Shown: piece after piece, positions 19,849-28,029 of the stretch | Numbering within the stretch: the first letter of the stretch is position 1 | Layout of the letters: each line of letters starts with the position of its first letter | From: Desulfuromonadales bacterium | Lineage (GTDB): Bacteria > Desulfobacterota > Desulfuromonadia > Desulfuromonadales > SZUA-540 | NCBI GenBank assembly: GCA_033549025.1 | Contig: JAWSUS010000007.1 | Span: forward strand, 85,522-149,521 | Direction: 5' to 3' | Length of the DNA: 64,000 nucleotides | Translations under genes and position numbers: made by a program | Notes under the pieces: model-generated | The model's database searches: none | What the model saw: the letters and a program-made list of their open reading frames with translations, nothing else | Told to the model about the DNA's origin: nothing

Positions 19849-21623
19849 TTACCGCACCACGGGTTGCTACAATCAGGATGCTTTTCCAGCTCAAAAGACT
19901 CCCACTTTGGGAAGATTGCTTTACCATTTTCACGCAAATGCAGAATCCCAACATCATTATCCATTGCTGGATAGTCGCCAGAAGAACCATCGCACATTAT
20001 CGATATTGCCATGCGAACACCAGCCAGAGAAATTTCCTGAACATCAAAACTTGTTGCCTTGAATGTTAAATCTCCGCACCCTACCGGCTGAAGTTCATCT
20101 CCCTCTGGGTCGAAAGTAGGTTGAGATATTTTGCCTTCCTCTAGCGCCCTTAGGTAGCAGAGGAAGCATCCTTTACCAGACAAAATCCTAACAACACTCC
20201 CGCCCCATCCTCCAGGACGTGAAGATACAGCAACATACGGGATACTATACTTTTTTGCCATATCCGCGATGAGATGGTTTATTCCAAGCTCAGCCGTTGC
20301 GTCATAAATAAGATCTGCCCCATCTAGCAACCTTTTCAGGCCTTCAAACTGGTCATAATCTGGAGTAACCTGACCAAGAATTATTCTGAAATCATCATTA
20401 CCTGCATCCGGATAATGATCCGTTCCAATTCGTGTTAAAGGATAATTTTCACGAATCTTTTCAGACAGGAATTGGACCTTGCCCGATGTTATTGCTGACA
20501 TTCCTTCAGGCCATCGGCAAACTGTTCCGGAACTTACATAGTCTCCATCCCACAATCTCAGTTCAGCAACTCCTGCACGTGCGAACTCCAATGCGCTCGG
20601 AGCACCCACACAACCCAAGCCAATAACGGCGACAGTCTTTTCTCGTAATGGCCTTAACTCAGGGACCCGTTGAAAAAGATCATTTTCACCTATTGCTTCC
20701 GTTGTTATTACCCAAGTCGCTACCTCGATTTTTTTCTTCCCGCCCTCTTTGTACATTTTTGTCTGATACGCCAGAAACAACCAACCATCCCTGTATCCAC
20801 CACCGGGGGCTTCTTCCTTGAAACAGAAGCCATGAACTCCGCTTCTGCCCTTATTAATTTCATTATCAATCACACGATAGGCTACCGGGTTTATAGCCCT
20901 TATACTTTCACAAAACGTAACACCAGAGCTTAGCCTTGGCACCTTATCAATTCGTGACCACCTGATAGTATCCACACTATTTGTTTTAGCGGTTGCATAC
21001 GCTCCAATCGCAGGGTTTACGGAGCAGTCGCCTACCACGCTCTTGTCACTCTTCTGTATTGAGTGAACCCATGCTTTAAGCGGTTTATGAGGAGAGATTT
21101 TTCTTATGGGGTGGGTTGAAAATATTCTCAAAAGCCCCTCCCTGACTTTTTCAGGCAAGGACCAAGAGCTGTCCATCAAAAATATTTGGTTCTTGAATGG
21201 AGCAAAATAAGCACTTTGCGGCTCCGCTTGATGATCCTCTGTATCTAAACGCGAGTCATCAAAACCACGAACTGCCGCCCTCTCCCATTCCGGGAGCATT
21301 TCAACAATATGCTTAGCTGCCGTCCTGCAAGGTTGCCACTCTCCGGTACCTCTTTTCAGAAGGCATATTTCGCCGGTATGAGGGTTATAGTGCCGCAGAC
21401 CACCCCCCAGGCCCAAGCAATTTACTACCGGTCTGAAGTATGGATAAAGCTGAGGATACTCGATCCAGCCATTTTCACCCTGGCCGAATATTGTGAGTTT
21501 TATCCGAACAACAGCAAGGCCTCTAGCAAATGATTCATCGTCCTTAACTGGTTGCAAACCAGATTCTTGGAGTGCGGTGAGTTCTTCGTCTAAAACGGCA
21601 GGGTACTCATCCCACCACCGCAT
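19845..21623 (-). CDS. E2-E1 (ThiF) fusion ubiquitin-like transferase, Cap2-like architecture
   Basis: N-terminal E2 features (YPQLYPYFRP, HYNPHTGEICLL with Cys); C-terminal E1 (VIGLGCVG, WDGD, YDATA, CFLC and C-terminal Cys pair for Zn, PVGCGDLTF catalytic-type Cys). Confidence 0.85.
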   Translation of the reverse strand: MRWWDEYPAVLDEELTALQESGLQPVKDDESFARGLAVVRIKLTIFGQGENGWIEYPQLYPYFRPVVNCLGLGGGLRHYNPHTGEICLLKRGTGEWQPCRTAAKHIVEMLPEWERAAVRGFDDSRLDTEDHQAEPQSAYFAPFKNQIFLMDSSWSLPEKVREGLLRIFSTHPIRKISPHKPLKAWVHSIQKSDKSVVGDCSVNPAIGAYATAKTNSVDTIRWSRIDKVPRLSSGVTFCESIRAINPVAYRVIDNEINKGRSGVHGFCFKEEAPGGGYRDGWLFLAYQTKMYKEGGKKKIEVATWVITTEAIGENDLFQRVPELRPLREKTVAVIGLGCVGAPSALEFARAGVAELRLWDGDYVSSGTVCRWPEGMSAITSGKVQFLSEKIRENYPLTRIGTDHYPDAGNDDFRIILGQVTPDYDQFEGLKRLLDGADLIYDATAELGINHLIADMAKKYSIPYVAVSSRPGGWGGSVVRILSGKGCFLCYLRALEEGKISQPTFDPEGDELQPVGCGDLTFKATSFDVQEISLAGVRMAISIMCDGSSGDYPAMDNDVGILHLRENGKAIFPKWESFELEKHPDCSNPWCGK

Positions 21624-21775
21624 TAGCCTACCTGTCTTCCTCCACCAGGATTCGGACGATCGGCTGGACGATTCCCGGGATTTTCTGGAGGGGTAGCTGG
21701 AGTTGCAGGATTTCCTGGCCCATTAGGGTCTGCCGGTGTTGCAGGATTTCCTTGGCCTTTATCATTGTTTGCCAT
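21623..21775 (-). CDS. 50-aa low-complexity peptide ending in Gly; candidate modifier (not in ORF track)
   Basis: MANNDKGQGNPATPADPNGPGNPATPATPPENPGNRPADRPNPGGGRQVG*; GAGG RBS 7 nt upstream; TAATG stop/start overlap with the E2-E1 gene. Confidence 0.8.
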   Translation of the reverse strand: MANNDKGQGNPATPADPNGPGNPATPATPPENPGNRPADRPNPGGGRQVG

Positions 21776-21832
21776 AACCGAACCTCATCTTTTCGTTAGA
21801 GTACAACATATTAATCAAATCCAACAACACCC

Positions 21833-21861
21833 AAGTTATCACTCCAAAACGAGACCGTCAA
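21833..21861 (-). promoter_or_regulatory. Putative sigma70 promoter of the peptide-E2/E1-JAB operon
   Basis: Minus strand TTGACG-17 nt-TAACTT, about 58 nt upstream of the peptide ATG. Confidence 0.55.
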
Positions 21862-21899
21862 CCAAAAACACAATATAAAAGTATGAAGCGAAATCCAAA

Positions 21900-21915
21900 C
21901 CACTATATATTGTGG
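21900..21915. promoter_or_regulatory. NrdR-box-like palindrome
   Basis: cCACTATATATTGTGg matches aCACwATATATwGTGt; weaker partial copy CACAATATAAAAGT 32 bp away at 21869. Confidence 0.45.
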
Positions 21916-21931
21916 CATATATCGAATTAGG

Positions 21932-22815
21932 TGTTAGAAATCTGAGCGTTGTTTACACTTTTTCGCCATAGAAATGATCGAGTAGCTTTTCGTATGGCGT
22001 CATCCCGTCAATGCCTTTGTAGGGCTTGACCGTGTTGTAGAAGTTAGTGAAGCGCAGCAGGCTGATCTGGCGACTCTTTCGATCACCGAACGTTTCCTTC
22101 TGGTGCCACATCTCCATAAGCGTGAGGATCGCGCGTTCTGCTTTGCCATTGGTCTGAGGTCGATTGATCGAGTGAATTTTTGGCCAATACCGAGTTCAGC
22201 GCAGGTTTTTACAAAAGCGTGTTCGCTGACTCCTCTGAATTCTTTGCCGTTGTCTGAGTAGGTGTATTCGATGGTGTAAAGACTTTCATCGGCAACCTGG
22301 CGCAAAAAGAGTTCAGCACTGTATTGGGTCTTGTCCGGGAATATCCCAGCGTAAAGTTCCCGGGAAAAATCGTCAATGGCGACGAACAGATACTCTCTGG
22401 GAAGTGACTGATCCTCGCCTTTAATCAACGGGAGACGTTTGCTTTCAAAATGGACCAACTCTCCCGGATATGATTTGTTGTAACGCCTGGCTTCACGTTT
22501 GCGCTTTTCTTCAAGCTCGCGTTCAACCTTGGCTAGACGCTTTAGCCCATACTTGAGGCTGCGGAAACGATTATTGACGCTGCGTCTCGGAACGAATTCC
22601 TGCTTCCTGGCCCGGGCCAGTGTCTTGTAAATCGTTGGCCGTGAGACGCGATACATTTCTGCCAGGCGACTGACCTTGTATTCGCCTGTCTGCCATAACT
22701 GCCAAATCTTCTGGCGGTCATGGGGTGTTAACCGTATGTGTTTGTGCATGACCATGTTTGCAAAATCCTCCTTCACCAATATCGGATTCTGTAAACAATG
22801 CGTCAATTTCTTACA
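21932..22815 (-). mobile_element. IS481-family element with frameshifted transposase
   Basis: TGT...ACA ends with ~26-bp imperfect IRs; AATTAGG direct repeats at 21925-21931 and 22816-22822; AIDDFSR and SDNGKEF motifs; RPQTNGKAER lies in another frame after a shift near 22170. Confidence 0.88.
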
Positions 22816-23021
22816 AATTAGGTATTAAAATGATTTATGCTTAATTGCCCGTCTTAATGTTTACCCCAACACAATCCAATAGCTAGATTACTTATTTTGG
22901 CGTGTTTTTACGTTTTGGGTTGGGATAAGGGTTAAGTGTAACGGGTAAAACGAGAAAGTTATCATACAAAATTGAAGCTGTATGATATGTGTATCTATTG
23001 ATTGAATATCAAAAACTATTT

Positions 23022-23038
23022 TAGTCGTCCCTGAAAAA
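23022..23038 (+). repeat. IS5-family terminal IR TAGTCGTCCCTGAAAAA (start of a second, truncated IS copy)
   Basis: Perfect 17-bp reverse complement of 19356-19372; no transposase follows. Confidence 0.7.
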
Positions 23039-23270
23039 TGGTAAGAGACTGAAATTAAGTATATATTTCCTGTTTATTATTGATAAAATCACCAGAAAAC
23101 AGAGTTCATGCCTTCGCAGCTTTGTTCGTTGAGTTGGGGAATTGTTGAAATAATGGGCCGCTGTTTCTGCCAAGGCTCTGGTCAGCGCTTTTTATCCCTG
23201 GCGTTACCTCTGCTTTCAAGGAGAGCGATGTTCTGCCTTAGTCACGGTTGTGGTGTAAAAGGAGAGCTAA

Positions 23271-24425
23271 ATGGAAATGCTTAAATATTATCTGGGGGGA
23301 CGTGAGCAGGCGTTTATAAAACATGCCCTGCTTAAGGCATATTTGGAAAAACTGTTCATGATAATCGGGCAGCGACAGAGGTGCATTTGTTATGTGGATT
23401 GCTTCTCAGGACCCTGGGAGGAAAGCGCAGAGAACCTCATGGATACATCCATAGGTATCTCGCTTGATATAATGGCAAAGTGCCGTAAAGCCTTGGCTGC
23501 AATGAGAAACGAAGTGAAGTTCCGTGCGCTTTATATAGAAAAAACAAGGAAGTCATATGATAAACTTCAGGATTTCCTAAAACAAAGCAAGGAACTAGGG
23601 GTGGAGACTAGAGCCATAAGAGGAGAGTTCCACAATAATCTCAATGAAATTATTGACTGGTGCGGAAGCAAAGACTTTGTCTTCTTTTTTGTTGATCCAA
23701 AGGGCTATGCAAATGTAATTGAACCACAAACACTTGAGCCGCTTCTACATAGAAAAAACTCAGAGATACTAATAAACTTTATGTATGATCATATTAATCG
23801 ATTTGTCGAATCAAAATCAAATAGGAATTTAATTGTTGATATATTCGGAGAGGTACCTGTAGTTGGTGGCCTTGAACCAAAGAAGAGAGAAGAATACCTT
23901 CTTGAATTATATAGACGAAGGCTCAAGAGTGTTATGTCCGAAGTTGGCGGGGTGCCTCGATTCGCATATGTAAGCGTGGTAGACACAGAGAAGAGTAAAA
24001 CAAAGTACGAAATGGTGTACCTGACTAGGCATGCATTAGGCATATTGAAGTTTTTAGAGGTATCTGAACCTTTGGAGATAATACAAAAGCAAGTTAAACA
24101 GAAAGCCAAAGAGCATCGATCAAAGCAGCCGTCGTTGTTCTCCTTCGAGGAGATTCCCGAAGTGAACGAGGGGGTTAGCATTGAAGAAGTGAAACATTTT
24201 TGGCTGAGAAAATTGAGCACTGTCCCTGAGCCTTTTGGCTATGATAGGATGGCTGACATGCATGAAGAGACAGGCTGGTTGCTAGGTGATTTTCAGCGTG
24301 CCTTCTCGGAACTGCTCAAAGAAGGCAAAGTGCAAAATATTGACATGAGTAAGCCTCGTCGCTCAAGGCCTATCCACTTTGAGGAGAACCGAGGTGAAGG
24401 CGAGCGCTTGAGAAAGCTGGTATGA
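23271..24425 (+). CDS. tcmP: Three-Cys-motif partner protein TcmP (methyltransferase-like fold with C-terminal wHTH)
   Basis: KHALLKAYL, YVDCFSGP, FFFVDPKG, SEILINFM motifs; ATGA overlap with DUF5131. Confidence 0.8.
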   Translation: MEMLKYYLGGREQAFIKHALLKAYLEKLFMIIGQRQRCICYVDCFSGPWEESAENLMDTSIGISLDIMAKCRKALAAMRNEVKFRALYIEKTRKSYDKLQDFLKQSKELGVETRAIRGEFHNNLNEIIDWCGSKDFVFFFVDPKGYANVIEPQTLEPLLHRKNSEILINFMYDHINRFVESKSNRNLIVDIFGEVPVVGGLEPKKREEYLLELYRRRLKSVMSEVGGVPRFAYVSVVDTEKSKTKYEMVYLTRHALGILKFLEVSEPLEIIQKQVKQKAKEHRSKQPSLFSFEEIPEVNEGVSIEEVKHFWLRKLSTVPEPFGYDRMADMHEETGWLLGDFQRAFSELLKEGKVQNIDMSKPRRSRPIHFEENRGEGERLRKLV

Positions 24426-25162
24426 GTACAAAGTCAAAGATCGAATGGACCGAGCAGACATGGAACCCTGCGGTGGGTTGCAGCAAGGTTTCCCCCGGCT
24501 GCACAAACTGTTATGCCGAGGTGATGGCAAAACGCCTCCAGGCAATGAAGGTAAACGGCTATCAGAATGGATTCGAACTGACCACGTTGCCGAAACGGCT
24601 GGAGGAGCCGCTTATGCGCCAGCGTTCAACAGTTTTTTTTGTCAACTCGATGAGCGACCTGTTCCATGAGGAGATACCCTTCGACTATATTGATAGAGTT
24701 TTCGAAGTGATAGCGAAAACTCCGCGCCATACATACCAAGTCCTAACAAAGCGTGCCGAACGCATGGCCACCTATTTTGCAGAGCGTAAGACACCGCCGA
24801 ACGTTTGGCTTGGTGTGACCGTGGAAGACCGTAAGCATGGTCTTCCACGCATTGATCACTTACGGCAGATCCAAGCCTGCATACGGTTTCTCTCTATGGA
24901 GCCGCTACTGGAAGATCTTGGCCCGGTTGACCTGACTGACATCCAATGGGTTATCGTTGGAGGCGAGTCGGGACCGAAGGCAAGGCCAATGAGGCCCGAA
25001 TGGCCCAAGAGTATTCAGCGCCAGTGTCAAAAGCAAGGAGCTGCTTTTTTCTTCAAGCAGTGGGGTGGATGGGGTCCAGATGGTATTAAGCGGGCGAAGA
25101 AAAAAAATGGTCGCATTCTTGACGGCAGAACATGGGATGAAACTCCGGCAATGTTCGGATAG
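24422..25162 (+). CDS. DUF5131 / phage Gp37-Gp68 family radical-SAM-like protein
   Basis: SKIEWTEQTWNP, GCSKVSPGCTNCYA, FVNSMSDLFH, QVLTKR, WVIVGGESG, FFKQWGG. Confidence 0.88.
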   Translation: MSTKSKIEWTEQTWNPAVGCSKVSPGCTNCYAEVMAKRLQAMKVNGYQNGFELTTLPKRLEEPLMRQRSTVFFVNSMSDLFHEEIPFDYIDRVFEVIAKTPRHTYQVLTKRAERMATYFAERKTPPNVWLGVTVEDRKHGLPRIDHLRQIQACIRFLSMEPLLEDLGPVDLTDIQWVIVGGESGPKARPMRPEWPKSIQRQCQKQGAAFFFKQWGGWGPDGIKRAKKKNGRILDGRTWDETPAMFG

Positions 25163-25296
25163 CCCGCACTCTCTCCCTTCTGCCATGTGCCTTCCCTTAG
25201 CTCTTCCCGCTCCAGCGGCCGAGTCTCACTTGCCCAAGGAGTCGAGGCGCGCCCGAGAAGAGTGAGCACAAAGAAAACCAGCCAAATAGAGCCGAT

Positions 25297-25340
25297 ACAA
25301 AAGCCCCTTGGAGCTGAGGTTGTTCCAAGGGGGCTTTTGT
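25297..25340. terminator. Stem-loop, likely bidirectional terminator
   Basis: ACAAAAGCCCCTTGGA...TCCAAGGGGGCTTTTGT. Confidence 0.6.
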
Positions 25341-25478
25341 GTCGGGCCCGCCCCTACGTGGCGAGGCGAGTATCTTTGCGAAGCTCAACTAGGTTCGATA
25401 GCAGAGCCTTTTTACAATGCGCAGTTAAGTGCGCATTGTAGGGGCCGCACTCCGCCCCATTGCCACCTTAAAAACGGA

Positions 25479-25508
25479 TTGACATTAGCAGTGCATTTCA
25501 ATTAGTAT
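25479..25508 (+). promoter_or_regulatory. Putative outward-facing sigma70 promoter near the right end of the element
   Basis: TTGACA-18 nt-TAGTAT. Confidence 0.45.
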
Positions 25509-25603
25509 TGCCACCGTCCACGGAACATCGTGGACGCTCTAGTAGGCGAGCCGTTTCTCTAGGCGTCAGGCTTACTTACATACGGTTGGGAAGTGGGATC
25601 ACC

Positions 25604-25618
25604 CTGAGCCTTATATAA
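25604..25618 (-). repeat. Right imperfect terminal inverted repeat
   Basis: CTGAGCCTTATATAA directly before the GGGTTC core. Confidence 0.75.
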
Positions 25619-25644
25619 GGGTTCGAATCCTACCTCCTCCGCCA
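25619..25644 (+). pseudogene. Displaced 3' end of host tRNA-Ser(UGA) (right junction)
   Basis: GGGTTCGAATCCTACCTCCTCCGCCA; CTCCTCC pairs with GGAGGAG at 9883 and not with the element tRNA. Confidence 0.9.
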
Positions 25645-25695
25645 AATTTAAAGCATAAGCGCACGTTTTACATATCCATAGTAAGTATCCGCAAC

Positions 25696-25791
<96 letters not shown>

Positions 25792-25860
25792 TTTAAATCG
25801 ATACAATTCTCTTCTTTCCTTTCGAGCATTATCCTTCAAGCATTGCATCAAGAGGTGTCC

Positions 25861-26361
25861 ATGTTTTTGGTCCCCCGCTGTGCCGCACTTCTTCTCGTTC
25901 TGCTGGCGACAGGGCTTTCAGGCTGCGATTCAAGACCTACAGCCAAGGAGACGATGACCAGTGAGGTTGAAAAGACCACCGGTACAGTCAAAGTCGTCGT
26001 GCCACCCGAGGTTGAAGGTCAGTGGAGAGCCGTCACAATAGCGGTTCAAGATAAACAGAACAACACCGAGAAGACCTACACCGTCGACATCGGTTCTTCT
26101 TTCAATCTCGATGACGGCGGCATATCCGTCCACACCAAGGCATTTTTGCCGGCCTTCATCATGGATGGAGTAGTGATGACCTCCGCTTCCAACGAAACGG
26201 AAAACCCTGGCGTACAGGTCTCCATTTTTGAAGGAAGACAGGAAATTTTTCACGGCTGGCTTTTCAGTCATTACCCCGGCGCCCACGCCTTCAAGCATCC
26301 GCGATTCACCTTCACCTTGGTTGATTATCTGCGAGCAGAAAAAAGGGTTGACAATCCGTAA
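25861..26361 (+). CDS. Lipoprotein, DUF2155-like
   Basis: LSGC lipobox; IFHGWLFS and HPRFTFTL motifs. Confidence 0.6.
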   Translation: MFLVPRCAALLLVLLATGLSGCDSRPTAKETMTSEVEKTTGTVKVVVPPEVEGQWRAVTIAVQDKQNNTEKTYTVDIGSSFNLDDGGISVHTKAFLPAFIMDGVVMTSASNETENPGVQVSIFEGRQEIFHGWLFSHYPGAHAFKHPRFTFTLVDYLRAEKRVDNP

Positions 26362-26391
26362 AAAATAAGCGATAAACCTTCTTCTTGATAC

Positions 26392-26468
<77 letters not shown>

Positions 26469-26476
26469 CTAACAAT

Positions 26477-26510
26477 AAAGCCCCAGCATTGAAAAGTGCT
26501 GGGGCTTTTT
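26477..26510 (+). terminator. Intrinsic terminator after tRNA-Arg
   Basis: AAAGCCCCAGCA...TGCTGGGGCTTTTT. Confidence 0.7.
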
Positions 26511-26524
26511 GCATCGGGCAAGTC

Positions 26525-27019
26525 ATGGAAAGCGTGGACGAATTCTTCATGCGGCAGGCAATGGGCGAAGCGTTGGCCGCCGAAACGATCGGCGAAGTGC
26601 CCGTAGGCGCTGTCCTAGTCAGGGACGGCCACGTCATCGGTCGCGGCTACAACCGGCGCGAAACCAGCAACGACCCCACCACCCATGCCGAGATGATCGC
26701 CATTCGCCAAGCGGCCGCGCATATCGGGCACTGGCGCCTCCTTGACTGTACCCTCTATGTTACCCTCGAGCCCTGCGTCATGTGCATGGGGGCCATTATC
26801 CTCGCCCGCATTCCGCGCCTCGTCTTCGGCTGCCGTGACCCGCGCGTCGGGGCCGTGGGTTCCATTTACGATTTCTCCCAAGATCCTCGCTTCAACCACC
26901 GCGTTGAGGTGACCGAAGGAATCCTCGCCGAAGAATGCAGCAACCAACTCAGCGCTTTTTTCCAGAAACTGCGGGCTCAAAAGAAGGCCGAAAAAGTCAA
27001 AGATTCCTCATCCCAGTAA
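26525..27019 (+). CDS. tadA: tRNA adenosine(34) deaminase TadA
   Basis: GEVPVGAV, HAE, TLEPCVMCMGA, FNH motifs. Confidence 0.92.
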   Translation: MESVDEFFMRQAMGEALAAETIGEVPVGAVLVRDGHVIGRGYNRRETSNDPTTHAEMIAIRQAAAHIGHWRLLDCTLYVTLEPCVMCMGAIILARIPRLVFGCRDPRVGAVGSIYDFSQDPRFNHRVEVTEGILAEECSNQLSAFFQKLRAQKKAEKVKDSSSQ

Positions 27020-27094
27020 AGTGGGCAACAAAACGCACTTGGCAAAAGGTCTCGTAATAAGGTAGGATGTCGCCCAATTCGTCGACACGCTTCC

Positions 27095-27182
27095 GGAGGG
27101 GTGTCCGAGAGGTCGAAGGTGACAGACTCGAAATCTGTTGTACCGCAAGGTACCGTGGGTTCGAATCCCACCCCCTCCGCCA
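27095..27182 (+). tRNA. tRNA-Ser(CGA)
   Basis: GGAGGGG/CCCCTCC acceptor, ACAGA-CTCGAAA-TCTGT anticodon arm, variable arm, CCA. Confidence 0.95.
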
Positions 27183-27187
27183 GTAAA

Positions 27188-27223
27188 AACAAGGGCTTAG
27201 CCATTTTGGCTAGGCCCTTTGTT
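27188..27223. terminator. Stem-loop between tRNA-Ser(CGA) and the convergent T6SS operon
   Basis: AACAAGGGCTTAGCCA-TTT-TGGCTAGGCCCTTTGTT. Confidence 0.6.
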
Positions 27224-27240
27224 GTACGGACAATGTAGAA

Positions 27241-28029
27241 TCAAACCCACTCCACCGTGCCATCGGGATGACGCACGCCTTCCACACGATAGCCGTTTTT
27301 CTTCTTTTCATGCTCCAGCCACTCGAAATACTCCCTGTCGCGCTCGTCAAAGGGCCAGTCCCGGTCCATATAGCGCACCAGCGCGTACCAGAAGCGCAGG
27401 GCCTCTTCGGGCGTGGGCAGAAAAAAGCCGGCGAAGGATTCGAGTTCTCCCGTTTCCGGATCGGGCAGGTCGATGTTGAGCCGTGAACTCGAAGCCAGCC
27501 CGGAAGTGGTGATCCCGGTGGTGGAGAAATGCAGGTCGTAGAAATTGACGACCCGGTGCGGCTCATTGCAGCGGTAGAGATACACCTTGCCCGTTGCGCG
27601 CTCAAAGATGTGGCAGGCGTCGCGGTCGGCGGTGCGTGCCATGTGGCGGGCGTAGAGGCATACCAAGGCAAGCAAACCAGAGAATAGCCAGTATATGGGC
27701 ATAAAGCTTTGATGGTAAAGATGAGCAAACCCAAGACACGCTAACACAAATGCCCCCCCCCCTGCCATAATCATGACAAAGCCCCAGACCCGTGATTTGC
27801 TGATGATCGTTTTGCCGTAATAGCGGTTAGGGGTTGTTATTGCACAATGATATGCTAGTTCAACCACGTCCCCTCCACCAAGAGCATCTTCCGGCACCTC
27901 AAATGGCATGGGCGGGGAATAGGTGCGCTTCCTGCCGGCTTCGGACTGCTCGAAGAGCTCCAGGGTGTGCTGGTAGCGGGCGGTGATCTCAAGGGTCATG
28001 CGGCTGCTGGTTTTTTCCGGTTCGATCAT
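27241..28029 (-). CDS. Two-TM membrane protein, probable immunity to the pore-forming effector (DUF6708-like)
   Basis: Two TM helices followed by IFERATGKVY and WYALVRYMD; ATGA overlap with the effector. Confidence 0.6.
   Translation of the reverse strand: MIEPEKTSSRMTLEITARYQHTLELFEQSEAGRKRTYSPPMPFEVPEDALGGGDVVELAYHCAITTPNRYYGKTIISKSRVWGFVMIMAGGGAFVLACLGFAHLYHQSFMPIYWLFSGLLALVCLYARHMARTADRDACHIFERATGKVYLYRCNEPHRVVNFYDLHFSTTGITTSGLASSSRLNIDLPDPETGELESFAGFFLPTPEEALRFWYALVRYMDRDWPFDERDREYFEWLEHEKKKNGYRVEGVRHPDGTVEWV

Larger units (their letters stand above)
9943..25624. mobile_element. Integrative element with two tyrosine recombinases and a RecD2-like helicase (gamma-mobile-trio / VPA1270-1266-like layout), inserted in tRNA-Ser(UGA)
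   Basis: GGGTTC direct repeats at 9943-9948 and 25619-25624; imperfect inverted ends 9949-9963 / 25604-25618; split tRNA halves outside; visibly lower GC; recombinase genes at the left end. The family name is recalled, not searched. Confidence 0.88.

Noticed and set aside
19360..21623. Calling the E2-E1 + JAB genes a type II CBASS or Pycsar system
   Set aside because: No nucleotidyltransferase/cyclase or effector ORF is visible anywhere in the element.
21690..21760. Short direct repeats as a possible CRISPR array
   Set aside because: Only two 15-nt copies, in frame within the peptide ORF; no cas genes or array seen in the window.
25187..25505. Short ORFs near the right end of the element
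   Set aside because: No RBS or motif support, and they overlap the hairpin and promoter-like sequence.
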